A stretch of DNA of 64,000 nt from Camelus ferus. Lineage: Eukaryota. Shown in pieces: positions 25,601 to 39,441 of this stretch. The stretch lies in contig NC_045697.1 in assembly GCF_009834535.1 (NCBI RefSeq), positions 33,916,001 through 33,980,000 on the forward strand. The letters run 5' to 3'. Position numbers and translations under genes: made by a program. The notes under the pieces are model-generated. The model was given only the letters and a program-made list of their open reading frames with translations. It ran no database searches and was not told the origin of the DNA. How positions within the stretch are numbered: the stretch's first letter is position 1; every line of letters begins with the position of its first letter.

Positions 25601-27050
25601 ATATTCCCAGCTTTCTCCTTTGAAATGTAGGAATTAAAAATAGTAGCTACTTCCTAGGGTTCTCCTAAGAATTCAAAGTAAAAATGCATGTGAAACAGTA
25701 TAGAGCCTAGCACATAAGTAAAAATTCAACAAGTAAGTATTATCATTACTATTAGCTGGTTTGTTTCCATCCTGGGATTCTTCCATGGAAATAAGAGATA
25801 TGATTTATCCATTTGCTAATCAATTAGCCTATGCATTCGTTTAACACTTCACTCTCTGGATACTGCTGAGCTGCCTTTTCATACAAGGTACTGTGCCAAG
25901 TGCTTTCATAACAAAAATTTTCAAGATCATTAAACAAAAAGAAGAGGAGGCTGGTGCCATTTGTGAAAAAAAGAGTGAAACATCTTGTTTCTAGGGTCCC
26001 TCTTCACCCATCACCCAGCAAATAGGAGACATGCCCCTCATAGTTAAATCAGCTCTTCTCCATTCAGAAAATGAATTGAAATCCTAAGACAGACACGAAC
26101 ATCTCTGATGCTCTGAGTAGACACTTTACTCTTACCCATGCAGTAGAAGGTAGAAGCTTTCATTTTATTTTGTTTTGTTTCTTAAGAGTTCAGGTGCTGA
26201 CAAAGAACGGCTAACACACATTTCAGTGCCCCTTTCACAGAGGCACACAACAATAGCGCAGTAGCACGGGTGTAAGTCACAGGCTTTTTTCTGCCTAAAA
26301 CTTCTGATGCAGAGAAAGAGATTCCCTGATACATCAAGGGAATGTACTTTTGTATTTTTGTAGTCACAGACGCTGCTCACCTAGCAGAAGAGGTGTATTC
26401 CAGCAAAATCTGCTCCAAGTGAATTTGTACTGTGCATACTCCGTTTTCTCATTGACTCACTTGGTGGGAAATGTTGTTCTTTGGATGTAATAAGAGTCAT
26501 GTTAAAATTGAACACATTAAGATGTTATATATTTAAATGGAGAAAAATATTTCTGATAAAATAACATTAGTGTTAAAAATAATAATATCATAAGGTATTC
26601 ACATCACAAGATAAAATAACAAGAAATACCCTATGAAAATAATCATTTGCCTCAAAATATCTTTCATACTCTTCCTCTTCTAGAGATGGCAATCCCCCAA
26701 ACAGTTATTTGGATGCTTTTAAATTCTCTTTGAATCAACTTAGCATTTGTAGGTTTACAGTTAAATGTATTTATCTTTCTGAGATTTCTCTTCACTTGAG
26801 TTTTATGATTACTTTCTAAATATCTTACTAAGTGCTGTGTAGTTTTGGATGGGAGCTAGTAACTATTACAATAATAAAAGCTACTATTTATCAAGTGATA
26901 TTAATTTCAAAGCACAGTTATAATTTCATTTAATACTTTCATCAGTTCCAGGAGGCAAATTATACTTCCTCTTATAACAAATGAGGAAACTAGAGTGCAG
27001 GGAGGTTAGATAACTCTCTCAAGGACACTCAACTGCAAAGCCCGTGACCT
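22650..27050. mobile_element. Scattered MIR fragments (about 22650-22830, 23400-23570, 23790-24020, 25495-25750, 26870-27050)
   Basis: Repeated MIR cores (gaagaaactgaggc; ttcctcatttgtaaa; aaatgaggaaactag). Confidence 0.65.
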
Positions 27051-28397
27051 TTACCAGAATAGTATCTGGCTTTGTATTAGGGGTTCACTCCATTGTCTAT
27101 GGAAGCTTCGTTACCTGGCTATCAGCTAGTATCTGTCTGAAAGACTACAGACAATTTATTGTGTCTGTATCATCTGTTCTCTTTCTAGTTTAGTAGATTG
27201 TTAAACTATTGACTAGTATTTTATTAGAGATTGTTAGGACCTCACATATTATTTATTAACCCTAGCAAAGTTCATTTCATTTAGGGACATTAGCTGTCGC
27301 ATAGAATTTGTCTGCAATCAATCACTCCAAAAGATTCTAGTCATACATTTGAGTGGTTCTTTTTCTTCAGCTTATTCCTTTAGTTCATAATCCTGAATTA
27401 AATCACCCAAAACTAAGTGTAGTATGTCCAAAAAAACCAGTTTGTATACTGAATATCAAACTTTCAATACTCTGACAATCAAAAGTCTTTTTAATTTTTA
27501 GGAATCTCATGGAAATAGAGAGGTTTCTAATGTCCACTTTGTAAACATCTGTGAATGAGATATTAGCATGGCAGCTCCCCTGATCTAAGATCATTGCATA
27601 CTTCTTTATCACTGGAGTCTAATTTGTACATAAATCTTAGACAAAAAATACACATGATTTTTTCACTTTTAAACTTGTGACCTCTCAATCTGAGGGCCCC
27701 CCAAATAACCTCCTAGAATTAATCCAAATTCATTTATTTGATCAGCTGATCCTGAATGACTTGTCAACAATGTTCATAGTACAGGTTCCCTATGTGCACA
27801 GAATCTTATTTCTTTTCTAATCTCAGCAGTAATGGGGACAATAAAAAACAAAGCTTATAAAAAGTAAATCATCCAAGGAACAAAACAAAAATCCAATCAA
27901 TCAATTAAGGGAAAGGTTTAATTTTCCTGGATATTGGATACTTCTAAATCAATAAATAACAGATATTTCCTTGATGCCTAAAAGTCAAAGCATAATTATA
28001 AATTATCTAGTATATTAATTTATTGATACAGTCTCTAGCCCAAGATTATATTTTTTTTTTCCAGAAAGATATGTTATTAGCCATAATAAGAGTCTGGCCA
28101 AGTCAGGGTAAAGTGTTAATGAATGCTTCCAAATTTTGTATAGACTGTGTATGAGATGCCAAGTTTGGCCTGGTTTCAGACCTAAGGATGGTACCCAGAC
28201 AACTGGTGTGTTATTTTATTTTTGGTTTTTTTTACTTTTTTTTTTCTTATGAGCAATTTTAAAAGATTGAGAAAAGAGAAATGATATCCTTTTAGCTTCT
28301 GGATATACACACACAATTATCTTTTTTAAATATACAAATAATGCTTAAACATCATATTTTTCTAGAAAAATTGGAAATTAATCTGCACCTCTGGCCC

Positions 28398-28449
28398 CTT
28401 CACAAACATGACAAGATCTTCTGCTTCACAAACATGACAAGATCCTCTG
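28398..28449. repeat. 26-bp tandem duplication (2 copies, 1 mismatch)
   Basis: cttcacaaacatgacaagatcttctg followed by cttcacaaacatgacaagatcctctg. Confidence 0.95.
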
Positions 28450-28639
28450 CGTTTCTTCCAATATTTACTGTCAGGAATGTTAATTACAGCTCATTTTTGA
28501 GCACATAAACATCGTTACACTATGGTATTTTAAGAATCAACACTCATTGGTATTTACCGACAGGTATTGTTAATCTTTGTTGTGGTTCATGCTTGCTTCT
28601 TTCAATTCTCAGCTTCGTTTTCATTTTATTTTCCTTCAT

Positions 28640-30020
28640 GCTGGAATATAAGCAGCAGGAATCTGGTTCATACATCAGAAAATGTCTTTATCTCATCTGG
28701 GTTCTTTAATAGGCTTTGGGTATAGAATTCTACTTTTAAAGATATTTTTACTCAACACTTTGGAGATTCATTTCCACTGTCCTTTGGTTTTTGTGTTTTT
28801 TTAATTAAATTTAATTTTTAATTGAAGCATAGTCAATTTACAGTGTTGTGTCAATTTCTGGTGTACAGCATAATAGTTCAGTCATACATATACCTACATA
28901 TATTCGTTTTCATATTCTTTTTCATTATAAGTTACTACAAGATATTGAATATAGTTCCCTGTGCTATACCATATAAACTTGTTGTTTATCTATTTTCCAC
29001 TGTCCTTTGAATTGCATTACTAATTTTTAAAAAACCCTCATACTTTCTATTATACTTTAGAATTTTTTCTTTGCCATTGACTCTACACTTACTTTGACTA
29101 TATTGTGCCTTGGTGGTGGTGGTTTTCTGGGTTTTTTTGTTTTTTTTTTTTTAAGCATACTCAGCATTCTGGGATATTTTATTTAAGTTAAAGACTCCTA
29201 TTTTAGTAATTCAAGTAAGTTTTCAACTATCATATTTCAAAATGTTGGTTTACCTCCCCTCTCCTTATTCTCTCCTTTTGTAACTAATTTCAGGCTTATT
29301 TTTGAGCTTCTGGGTCTATTTTATCTGTTTCTTAATATTTTTTATAATTTCTAGATCTTTATTTTTTATATTGAATTCTGAGACATTTCCTCAACTTAAT
29401 TTTTTAGTTCAACAACTCAGCCTCAGTTGTGTTCAGTTCTCCACTTGGCTCATTATTTAGAACTTTTATTTCAACAACCATATTTTTAATTTCTGTTTTC
29501 CAATGATTGTTTTTAATACCAATCTAAATAATTTCATGATTTTATTTAAGCTTTTTACTCTTTTATCTATTTAGGAATATTAATTGTATGTAACCTGAAG
29601 CTTTTTAAGATTGCAGTAGAACACAGTGGCTAAAAATCTGAACACTGGATTTGGATGCTGAGTTCTAATTCTGGTTCCATAACTTACTACCTTTCTTCTT
29701 TTGAGTAGTTACTTAATATCTCTGTCTTTCAATTTCCTTGCCCATAAGATAGTGAAAGCAATAGTGTCTATCTCATGAGGGTGCTAGAACAATAATTATA
29801 TATATATAATTATATATGTAAATATATATATACGCACACATATATTTAGTACAGTGCTTGGTACATAATTAGTGCTTGTGACTAGCTACTATTGTAGTTA
29901 CTATTATCATTAGATTACTATTTCCTCAGGTGTAAGCTGTTTATACTGTTTACTCATAACATTTATTCTCTCTGTGTTTTTGGTAAATTTTGCTTATTAG
30001 CTCATTTTCCAAGGGAGAGT
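28640..30020 (-). mobile_element. Very old L1/HAL1-like region, interrupted by the young L1 and a MIR (about 29612-29900)
   Basis: T-rich antisense LINE-like composition with motifs such as gaaaatgtctttatctc and ttccactgtcctt. Confidence 0.5.
28787..28993 (-). mobile_element. Young truncated L1 3' end with perfect 16-bp TSD
   Basis: TSD tttccactgtcctttg at 28771-28786 and 28994-29009; attgaagcatagtcaatttaca terminus. Confidence 0.92.
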
Positions 30021-32422
30021 ACTCCTGCAAGCATCCTAGGTTTTAATGACTTCACAGTAGGGGAGCCAGGTGGAAGTTTCCACCCTAAACTTATAGAGAG
30101 GAGGGACTATACACATATCTTGCTTAGAACTACATAGATTAGGGCTCTGACCTTGACAGGATGGCCAAGTTTCCTGCCTTTTCCTTGACTCTACACTACA
30201 ATGCTGTCTAGGATGGTGGCCTCAACCAGAGCAGAAACTCAGCCCAGGCATGAATCTTGGAGTCACAGAAGGCATAGTTTGAGCCTTCATGGTTGCTTGG
30301 ACCCTGTGGTTAGAGGCACTGATAATTCTGCACTCACAAGTGAGTGAGCTTGTGTTGGAGGCTAAAAGGCCTTTTTCACAGAAACATTGAAGACATTTCC
30401 TAGGCCATCCTAGGAAAGTGTGGAAATTTCTGGAGTAATTATATTTTTAGAGGTGGGGGTGATAATCTGGTATGCTACTGAATGCTATTAATGCAATGCC
30501 CTTTAAACTTCAGGATGATATGTTACAGGAAAGTGTAAGAAGTGAGTCACAGTTTCACACAGTAAGTAAATCATACCATTCAAATTTTCAAACAAAGAAT
30601 CAGAACTATCTTTTAGTGCTTTTAATTGATGAGCAAATGATGCTGTAGAATCTCATGTTTGCCAAACAGTAACAACCATGTTATAGAGTTCCCTCGATAT
30701 TTAGAAAGGAAGAACTTTTGCTTATTATGGGCATAGGGAACAGTATGTGACTCAAAAGATAATTGGCCCCTTTCCCTCTGTCCTCTGGACCTGTGAGCTG
30801 CTAGTCCTCTAAATGCATGGCCTAGCCATTCATTTCTTCCATAGAGCCCTTGCCCTTCCTCAGTTTTCCAAACTTTGGAAATGAAGGGCAATGTACGTAT
30901 TTTCCTTTTCCCAAATTGTTGCTTCTAAGCAATTAAGTTGCTCCTCTCTTTCTATATCTGCCTATACCACCTTTTTTCAACCCCTACTAGTGTTGTCTTG
31001 TATCCCCATGGAGTTACAGCTACCTTTCAATACAACTCACATAACTCACAGTTTTGGTTTTTCATTCCACTCTGCCGTCAATCCAATGGATTCTGCATCT
31101 AAATAGATAATACTATGGGCCACTTCTCAGTTTATTGACCTCCTATATCATTCAGATCAAAAGCATACCAGAAAGTCTATGACTAGTCTACATGCTTTGT
31201 GACCTTAACCTCTTCATCCAGTTTTCCACAAGCCCCACATTAGACTCTTGTTCAGTCAGGATTCCATGGTTGGCCACTGTAATGTAGTTCTCCACTACAT
31301 TTTAAAACCTTTCAATCTCTCCAGAAGGCTAGTGGCCACCTATGTTTACTCTAATAATCTACTTCCTTTGTTCCCATTCCTAGATACCAGAATAAGATTG
31401 GAGGAAACCACTCTTTATCATCCACGTTTCCATCTCCCCACCACTCTACCAAAACAGCACTCCTTTCAGTCATTAGTCATCTCATAACTGTCACACCCAA
31501 TGACCTTTCACCACTCTTGTATGTGCTACATCTTCAACTAGATTAGCAGATTACTGAGAGCAAATCCTCTATTTTATACATTTCTTTATCTCCTTAAGAA
31601 TTGGTATATTGTAAACATGTAATGTTTTTGAATGAATGAATGGCTACCTGGATGAATGAATGATTGGATGGACAGAGGAATAACTGAATTTCCCCAAAGA
31701 ACAGTAAGAACTCTGTTGTTTCACCTTAACTCACTTTCACTTCATTGTAAATCACACACCATAATGGTGGGACGGCTTGTAGCCCTGCACGGAAGTAATG
31801 CCAAGCCCTGCTCAGCTCAGTCCTTTCCCCAGCTTAATTAGTTTCCTTTGACAATTTTGGTTGTACTCCCATGAGCAAGATCAGGCTTCAGAAGCCAATC
31901 CAAGTTCAAGGGTCAGATAGAATAATAAGCTATACTCATCTGAGGTTATTTTGACTTGATTTTGTTCCTAGGTCAGCAAAGCTTAAGGGTATAGGATTGC
32001 ATGAGTGACAGTGATTCCCAGGTGCCTCCCTCAACATTCACAATGATATACCTAAAGTTTGGTGGCCTCAGTGGTCCTCAATGCAGGAGGGAATCATGAG
32101 ATCAGAAAATCCCAGACATGTAGGATTTTTGAATATTACATCTCTTAGACAGAGTAGTTAAAGGCAGGTTAGGACTTGGAGGTCTAGCTTATTACCACAG
32201 AATGATTGTTTGGCTGTCCTGTGGTTATGTGTTTCACTTTTTATTTCTTCCTGGGCCATGGCTTGGGTTACAGAGCAGCAGGCCTACCATACCTGCTTTC
32301 TTTCCTCTAAAATAGGCTTTAGATTTATTTTTAATTTGATTTATTTACATGGTGTCTAGAAGAATGTTCTGATTACATTTGCAGTATTCGCTTCATTGTC
32401 TTTTGTCAAGAAATAATTTTCT

Positions 32423-33142
32423 CTTCTTTTATTTCTTTTTTCTATTGAAGTATAGTCAGTTTATAATGAGTTAATTTCTGACGTATAGCACAGTGATTCA
32501 ATTAATCATATATATATATGTAACTTTTCATATTCTTTTTCATTATAGGCCATTACAAGGTATTGAATACTGTTCCCTGTATATACAGTAGGACTTTGTT
32601 GTTTATCTAGTTTATGTATTGTAATTAGTATCTAAAAATCCCTCACTCCCTGTTTATTCTCTCTCCCTCCTTCCGCCCTAATAACCATAAGTTTGTTTTC
32701 TATGTCTGTGTGTCTGTCTCTGTTCTGTAAATAAGTTCGTTTGTGTCGTTTTTTTAGATTCCACATATGAGTGATATCATATGGTAGTTTTCTTTCTCTT
32801 TCTGGCTTATTTCACTTAGTATAACAGAGAAATGCAAATCAAAACTACAAGGAGGTGTCACCTCACACCAGTCAGCATGATCATCATTCAAAAGTCCACA
32901 AACAATAAATGCTGGAGAGGGTGTAGAGAAAAGGGAGCCCTCCTACACTGTTGGTGGGAATGTAGTTTTGTGTAGACATTATGGAAACAGTATGGAGATT
33001 CCTTTAAAAACTAAAAATAAACTTACCGTGTGATCCAGCAATCCCACTCCTGGGCATGTATCCGGAGGGAACTTCAATTTGAAAAGATACCTGCACCCCA
33101 ATGTTCATAGCAGCACTATATACAATAGCCAAGACATGGAAG
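32423..33142 (-). mobile_element. 5'-inverted L1
   Basis: Antisense 3'UTR (to about 32823) fused to a sense ORF2-end segment (cagagaaatgcaaatcaaaac...gacatggaag). TSD caagaaataattttct (32407-32422) and caagaagtcattttct (33143-33158). Confidence 0.9.
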
Positions 33143-33677
33143 CAAGAAGTCATTTTCTTAATGCTCATCTCCATGCGTTTATAATAATGACCAGTCCTTG
33201 GAACCTAAAAGTTAACAAAATCCTTCCATTTTTCCACTGGGCACACTTCCTCCCGAAGTTATTCATGGGCAGTAGGGTCACTGCAGAGCTCCTCCAGTTC
33301 TTGCAGGAAGAAAGGTGGCCTTCTTTCTTTTAATCCTGTTCCTTCCTAAATAAAGTTCTAGAAGGAAATAAGACTACTTACTGCTTCTTGGAAAATTGTC
33401 TGTACCACCTCTCCATCACCACGGAGTAAAATGTCACGGCTTACAAGAAATCAGCCATATAAAGGAATGAATTAAATTTCAGCCTCAAATGTAAAGGTCA
33501 ACATTCAAATTTCCTGACAATATATGATATATAATATATGGACTAATTCGTGTATGAGTTGTATGCCCACTCTCCTTGTTATAAAGGATGGTGTGGTGAG
33601 TTATTAAGCACTGTGATAGAATCACAGAAGATTGTTCAGGTTCTCATTCTTCCTGTTACCTGTGGCCCTTCAGAGGA

Positions 33678-33868
33678 TAGGTATCCGTACTCTCAGAAAG
33701 TAGAGTGTTCCTATGAAATCTTTCATAAGCCAAAACGGCAGAAAGCAAGGAAGCAATTACCTTAGGAAACATTGCTAATGGATGCACAAAATAAACCAAG
33801 ATAAAGCACTGATGCTTACAGACTCAGTTCAAAGCTATGGTGGCTGGATGCTGGAATGCTGAGTGTCA
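33678..33868. mobile_element. TcMar-Tigger-like DNA transposon fragment
   Basis: aggtatccgtactctcagaaagtagagtgttcctatgaaatctttcataagccaaaacggc resembles a Tigger terminus. Confidence 0.5.
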
Positions 33869-35129
33869 TCACTCAAAATGTCATGACAACATTAAATTGT
33901 CTTCTAACAGTAGAATTTTTGACCAACATTTCCTGAATGTGCAGTTTTACAAAGGCAAGAAATTAACTGGTGGGAGGAGTGTCTCCAAACAAATAGCACT
34001 AAAGTAAACCTGGGGAGTCCGTCCTGAGCTCTCTCTTGTAATCACTGTGCTTAAGTGCTCTCTCAGTTGTCCGATGGAAAGTCAATAATGGTGTCCTGAG
34101 CACACCAGCAGGCATACTGAGTCTCAGAACATGGACCCCACATCACAGAAAGGTCCCTATTTGTCATTTTTAATTTGGCTAAAATTAGAAACTTTGTTTT
34201 ATGGAGGAAACTTGTACCTGAAAAAATTCCCCAACAATTCAGGGGTCTAGTAACAAGAAACATCAGTTTCAGTAACAAGAAATGTCAATGAAAATGGTCT
34301 AGGTATTTTGGAGGTCTCATGAAATTATGTATATTTCTAACCAAGTTACTTTTCTGAATCTTTAAGGGATCCCACCTATCCCGTTATGCGCAGACAATAA
34401 CCATGGAACTCAGAAATTACCTATCATGGAAAAATAACTTAAACATAGCATCCTATTAAGCAATAACATCTTCAACTAAAGAGACAATATTAATTCCATT
34501 GCATTATTTATAGAAGGTTTCCTTATTAGAGAGACCCTTTGGCATTGTTGTTGATTAGCACTTAGAGATGCTTTGTCCAAATGGTGATATCATAGAAGCT
34601 AACAATTGAATAAAATGCTAAACTTTACTGAGTGCTTGCTATATGCCAGACACTATAAAAAATTTGCATGGATTGTCTTATTGCATTCTCACAAAAATCC
34701 CTTCGAGGTAAACTAATATTCTTATGTTAAATGAGGAAATAAAGGCCAGACGGTGGTTAAATAACTTTCAAAAGGCTGCACACATAGTAAATACTGGAAG
34801 CATTATTATGAAGTAGGAACTGTGGTTTTAATGCTTTCAGCACCATATTCAGCCTCTGTACTGAACAAATTCCCTAACCTCCTAAGCACACTTACTTGCA
34901 GGTTACGTATGATCCTCATAACAATCTAGTTTGTAGATAAGCAAGTTTATGTCAATTGATGTTAAGGTCACACAGGTTGCCAGTGGCAAAAATGGACCCA
35001 AGTCCAACTTTCACTTCAAGTCACTCAAAATTATTAAGAAATGAACCTACCTAAATTCATACTGGGAAATAAATGCTTCTTTTCGTGGACTCACTGCATA
35101 TCCACATTAAGGATGACGATAAATTAAGT

Positions 35130-36570
35130 ATATCCTGAATAAATCCTACTGCATTTGTCACCTACACTGTTGCTCCCTCTCTAGTTGGAACCACTATCAT
35201 TTCTTGCCTGAACAAGGCTGCCACCATTCCTTTACAGATACAGTGCTTTAAGGCCACAGACTTCAGAGCAACTGGTATAAGAAATGAAATTTGCCCTCCA
35301 TGAAAATAAGTATTCATTCGTTTTCAAACATACAGGCATGTACACATGATATTTTGTGGACCTTCCCTAATGGAGACTCCTCTGCTAACTTTTAGCCCCT
35401 CCTACACAGTCTATTCTTTGCACAGCAGCCATGATGATGCTTGAAACAGAAGTTAAGTCATGTCACTTGTACTAAATACCCTCCAATGATTTCTCACCTC
35501 ATCAGAAAAGAATCCAAAATGAGGCACCACACTGTTTGATTACTATACCTTTGTAGTATAGTCTGAAGTCAAGGAGCATGAGTCCTCCAGCTCCATTCTT
35601 CTTTCTCAAGATTGTTTTGACTTTTGGGGATCTTTTGTGTTTAAGAATGAAATAATGCCATTTGCAGCCACATGGATTGACCTAGAGATTATCATACTAA
35701 GTGAAGTAAGTCAGACAGAGAAAGACAAATACCATATGCTATCACTTATATATGGAATCTAAAAAAAAAAAAAAATACAAATTTGATTTATAAGCCAGAA
35801 ATACACTCACAGACATAGAAAACAAACTATGGTTATCAAAGGGAAAGATGGAGGAAGGATAAATTAAGAGTTTGGGATTAACAGATATACACTACTATAT
35901 ATAAAGTAGATAAACAGCAAGGACCTATGTATAGCACAGGGAACTATATTCAATTTCTTGTAATAAGCTATAATGGAAAGGAATCTGAAAATATATGTGT
36001 GTATATGTATGCATATGCATAATTGAAATGCTTTGCTGTACATCTGAAACCAACATTGTAAATCAACTACATTTCAATAAAAAATAAAATAAATTCATTA
36101 AATTAATTAATTATTTTAAAACAAAAAATCAAAATGAGGCACCACATAATCTGGCCCCAGGCTCCTCATTTCCCAGCCCTTCCCTTCAGTCACTTCACTG
36201 TAGTCACAGAGGCCTTCATGCTCATATACACCAAGCTGACTCCTGCCTGGGGCCTGACTCCTAGAAGCCCTTCTGCCTGAAGGACTTCTTCCTCCAGAAA
36301 TCCACAAAACTGGCTCTCTCACCCAGATCCCACAGTCCATCTGCTCACAGAGGCCTTTTGTCGCTCTCCGCTTGCCTTGATTTGTTTTCTGTCTTAGCCA
36401 TTACAATCATTTTTCAAATCACATACTTGTTTGTTCTTTGATGTCTGTCTCCAAACACCGGATTATCAGTTTCCTGAGTACATGAACTTTACTTTGTCTC
36501 CTGCTCTAATCCCAATGACTAGGTCGTGGTGGTCTATGGTAAGCTTATAGCAGTATTTGTTGGATGAAAG
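35130..36570 (+). mobile_element. L2 LINE (host of the inverted L1)
   Basis: ctattctttgcacagcagcca and ccctccaatgatttctca before the insertion; tcctgcctggggcct...tatttgttggatgaa after it. Confidence 0.75.
35532..36129 (+). mobile_element. 5'-inverted L1 with perfect 17-bp TSD, nested in L2
   Basis: Antisense ORF2 piece (35532 to about 35642) plus a sense 3'UTR. TSD caaaatgaggcaccaca at 35515-35531 and 36130-36146. Confidence 0.93.
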
Positions 36571-38329
36571 CATGCACTAGATAAAAAATAAGTAAACAGG
36601 ACACAAAATATAAATCTAAATGAGTGAAGATCCCAGCCAAGTTAACCACATTAAAAAAAAAAAAAACTAACATATATTTGTCTTCAAAGCTAGTTCAGAG
36701 TTAGTTCACAAACCACTTGATGATATTGATTTCATTAGTTTATAATCACTTTAAGGTGGGTTTTTTTTTTAGTGCAAGGTGGTATTTTTTTGGATTGATA
36801 ACCCATTTATTCACCAGGTATGTTTCTGGTTGATTTTTTCACCCCAAAATCTAACTGACCTTCAAAAGGGAAAATTGTATTTTGGGTGCCAACTTAACCA
36901 ATGTTGTGCTTGTCGGACTGCGATCAATAGTCCTCTCTGAAAATTCTTATATCAACAAATATTGTTACTCCTGGAGCTCACCGTTTGTCAGAAATCCAAT
37001 ATACTTTAGAAGGAAAATCAAGAAACCATTCCCCCTGCTCCCTCTACTGTGTTGTGTGACATTGAAGATTGGTCCGAAAGAGTCTTTAAAGAGTCTAAAA
37101 GTATATTATTGAGCCCAGATAGACTTCATTAAATAATAACATTTCATCAATTAATATGTTTAAAAATCACTGATAGTACCCAAATAAAATAGTTAAATTT
37201 CCTGTGCTGAGCTCAGTATGTAACTTCTTCACTTACATAAATTCAGTTTGCTTTGTGATTGGGAGTTACAGTAAGTGTATCGATCCACATCAGGCAAATA
37301 CCTAATGTAGTTAATCCCTGGTTATCCATTCACCAAACTTACATGGAGCACCAGCTGTGTGCCAGCAGCATTCCAGTTGCTAGAGATACAAAATTGAGTA
37401 ATACATATTGTTTAGAGAATGAGAGAATCTTGGAAAGAAATAACTCTAGTGCAATGTACAAAGTATCCTGGGAATGGAAATGTACCAAATGGACTAGGAC
37501 CACAAAGGAACAGGCGCCCAAGTCTTCCAAGGAAAATGAAGAAGAACATAGAGATTTTTCCAAGAAGGTGATTATTTGAGCTCAATTTTGAGGAATGCTG
37601 AAAAGCTTGCCAAAAAGAGAAGAGGTCATGGGAATGAAATAGCTGTCAGGGCAGTCAGTGGAAGTACCTGGAAAGATTTGGAGTGGATGGAGAATACATT
37701 GAATGAGTTAAGTGCAGGAGTCAAGCCTGGGAGGATAAGTGGGGTCCTTATATACAGTGTTATGGCAGTGGTGAGCCATCTAAGTGTAGGAAATGATCTA
37801 ATGCCTGCTTCAGAATTATTTTTGAACAAGGCCCTTTCTGGGAGCAGCATAGATCATGGCGTATAGGAAGGCTAAGTTTGTGTTGGAGTTTTAGTAGCTG
37901 ACTTGCATGCTGAAGCAAGTCAGCTGAAGGAACTAGGCATTTTTATCCACAGACTCAACAGTCTGCCTCCCACACCACATTTGATTATGAGTTCCTAAAG
38001 TTTGAGTACCTGGTCTGATTCATCTTTCTTTCCCCAAATCCTGGCAGAGAGGAGCTGTAGGTGCTTAATAAATAAATTTTTAGTTGAATCAGACTGTTAC
38101 TTTTTTAATGCAGTGAGTTTCCAGGCTCTGTTGTACCACACACTCTAATATAAAGGTGGAGTATCTTTAAGCACTTCACTGGTGTCCAGCAGCCTGTCTT
38201 TGGCAAGAAGCGGCTGCACTGGCATTCAAGATTCAGGATAATTGTATTGGAAAATGCAAGAAAGCACTTAGCCACCTTGATCTGCTCTCCCTCCTCTCAG
38301 AACAAATGGTTCAATTAGAAGCAACTTCG

Positions 38330-38434
38330 GGTCACAGGGTGGGTGGGGGAGGTAGAGTAGAGCTCAGTGGTAGAGTACATGCTTAGCATGCATAAGGTCC
38401 TGGGTTCAATCCCCAGCATCTCCATTAAAAAAAA
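38330..38434 (+). mobile_element. tRNA-derived SINE (camelid Vic-1-like)
   Basis: agctcagtggtagagtacatgcttagcatgcataaggtcctgggttcaatccccagc plus A tail; degenerate TSD aagcaacttcg (38319-38329) and aagcgactttg (38435-38445). Confidence 0.85.
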
Positions 38435-39087
38435 AAGCGACTTTGATTTCCTATTTGATCTGACTCCCTTAATCTTTTACCTTTACTAGGTTCAAGGAAT
38501 AGAATAGTATGATGATACCTGAGAAATTTTCTCCAAAATGGCAGATGAAGCCATCATTAGGAAAATTTAGTTAATAAAATAATTGTATGTGTCATATGGT
38601 ACATTTTCCAGCCGCTTACTCAGCAGCTGAGGTGCAAGTACTGCCCACTCATTCTCTGCTAACTTTATTCAACTCTATCTAAATTAGTTAAATTGATAGT
38701 TAATTTTTAATTGACTTGGCAGACAAAAGAAATTTAACTATCATGTATTGTGCACATACCCTAAACCAACATACAGTGTGTGCTAATAACTCTGTACATG
38801 TTATCTTTTTTAATCTTTCCAACGAACTTGATCATTGTCAACACCTGCACATGTTCTACAATATGTGTTTTTGAAAGCCTTCACGAGCATTTTCAAAAGC
38901 TTTTAAAGCCCCTGACTTCAAAGCATAGTGAATATACACTATTGAGAACAAAAGAGAAAAGATATGAAGCTAAAATCTGGAAAGATTAAGTGGGACAAGA
39001 TGACATAGGTAGTAAGTTGCTAGGATTTAAACCTCAGCCAGTCTGACCGTCAATCCCTCTAGTTCTCAAAGTTTACTGCTTTCGTCT

Positions 39088-39441
39088 ATTTTATTGAGAT
39101 ATAATTGACATATAACATTATATTAGTTTAAGGTATACATAATAATTTGATATATGTATATATTATAAAATGATTACCACAATTACTTAATATCCATCAC
39201 CTCATATTGTTACAATTTTTTTCCTGTGATGAGAACTTTTAAGATCTACTCTCTTAGCAAGCTTCAAATATACAATACAGTATAATTAACTATGGTAACA
39301 ATGCCATACACAATATCCTCAGGACTTATTCATTTTATAACTGGGAGTTTGTGCCTTTTGACCACCTTCAGCTCTACCCTCCAACCCCTGCCTCTGGCAA
39401 CCATCAGTCTGTTCTCTGTTTCTATGAGTTTGGTTTTTGTG
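39088..39441 (-). mobile_element. L1MA-like 3' end
   Basis: ttttattgagatataattgacatataac...gatgagaacttttaagatctactctcttagcaa...ctctggcaaccatcagtctgttctctg. Confidence 0.85.

Noticed and set aside
33079..33333. ORF starting MKRYLHPNVHSSTIYNSQDMEA
   Set aside because: Off-frame translation of an L1 ORF2 end, a common spurious protein; the ORF at 39833-40033 is likewise L1-derived.
34836..34856. REST/RE1 site (TTCAGCACCA...)
   Set aside because: Only the left half-site matches, the GGACAG half is missing, and it lies at a MIR edge.
38352..38425. tRNA gene
   Set aside because: A/B boxes are present, but the A tail, TSDs and multiple diverged copies identify it as a SINE.
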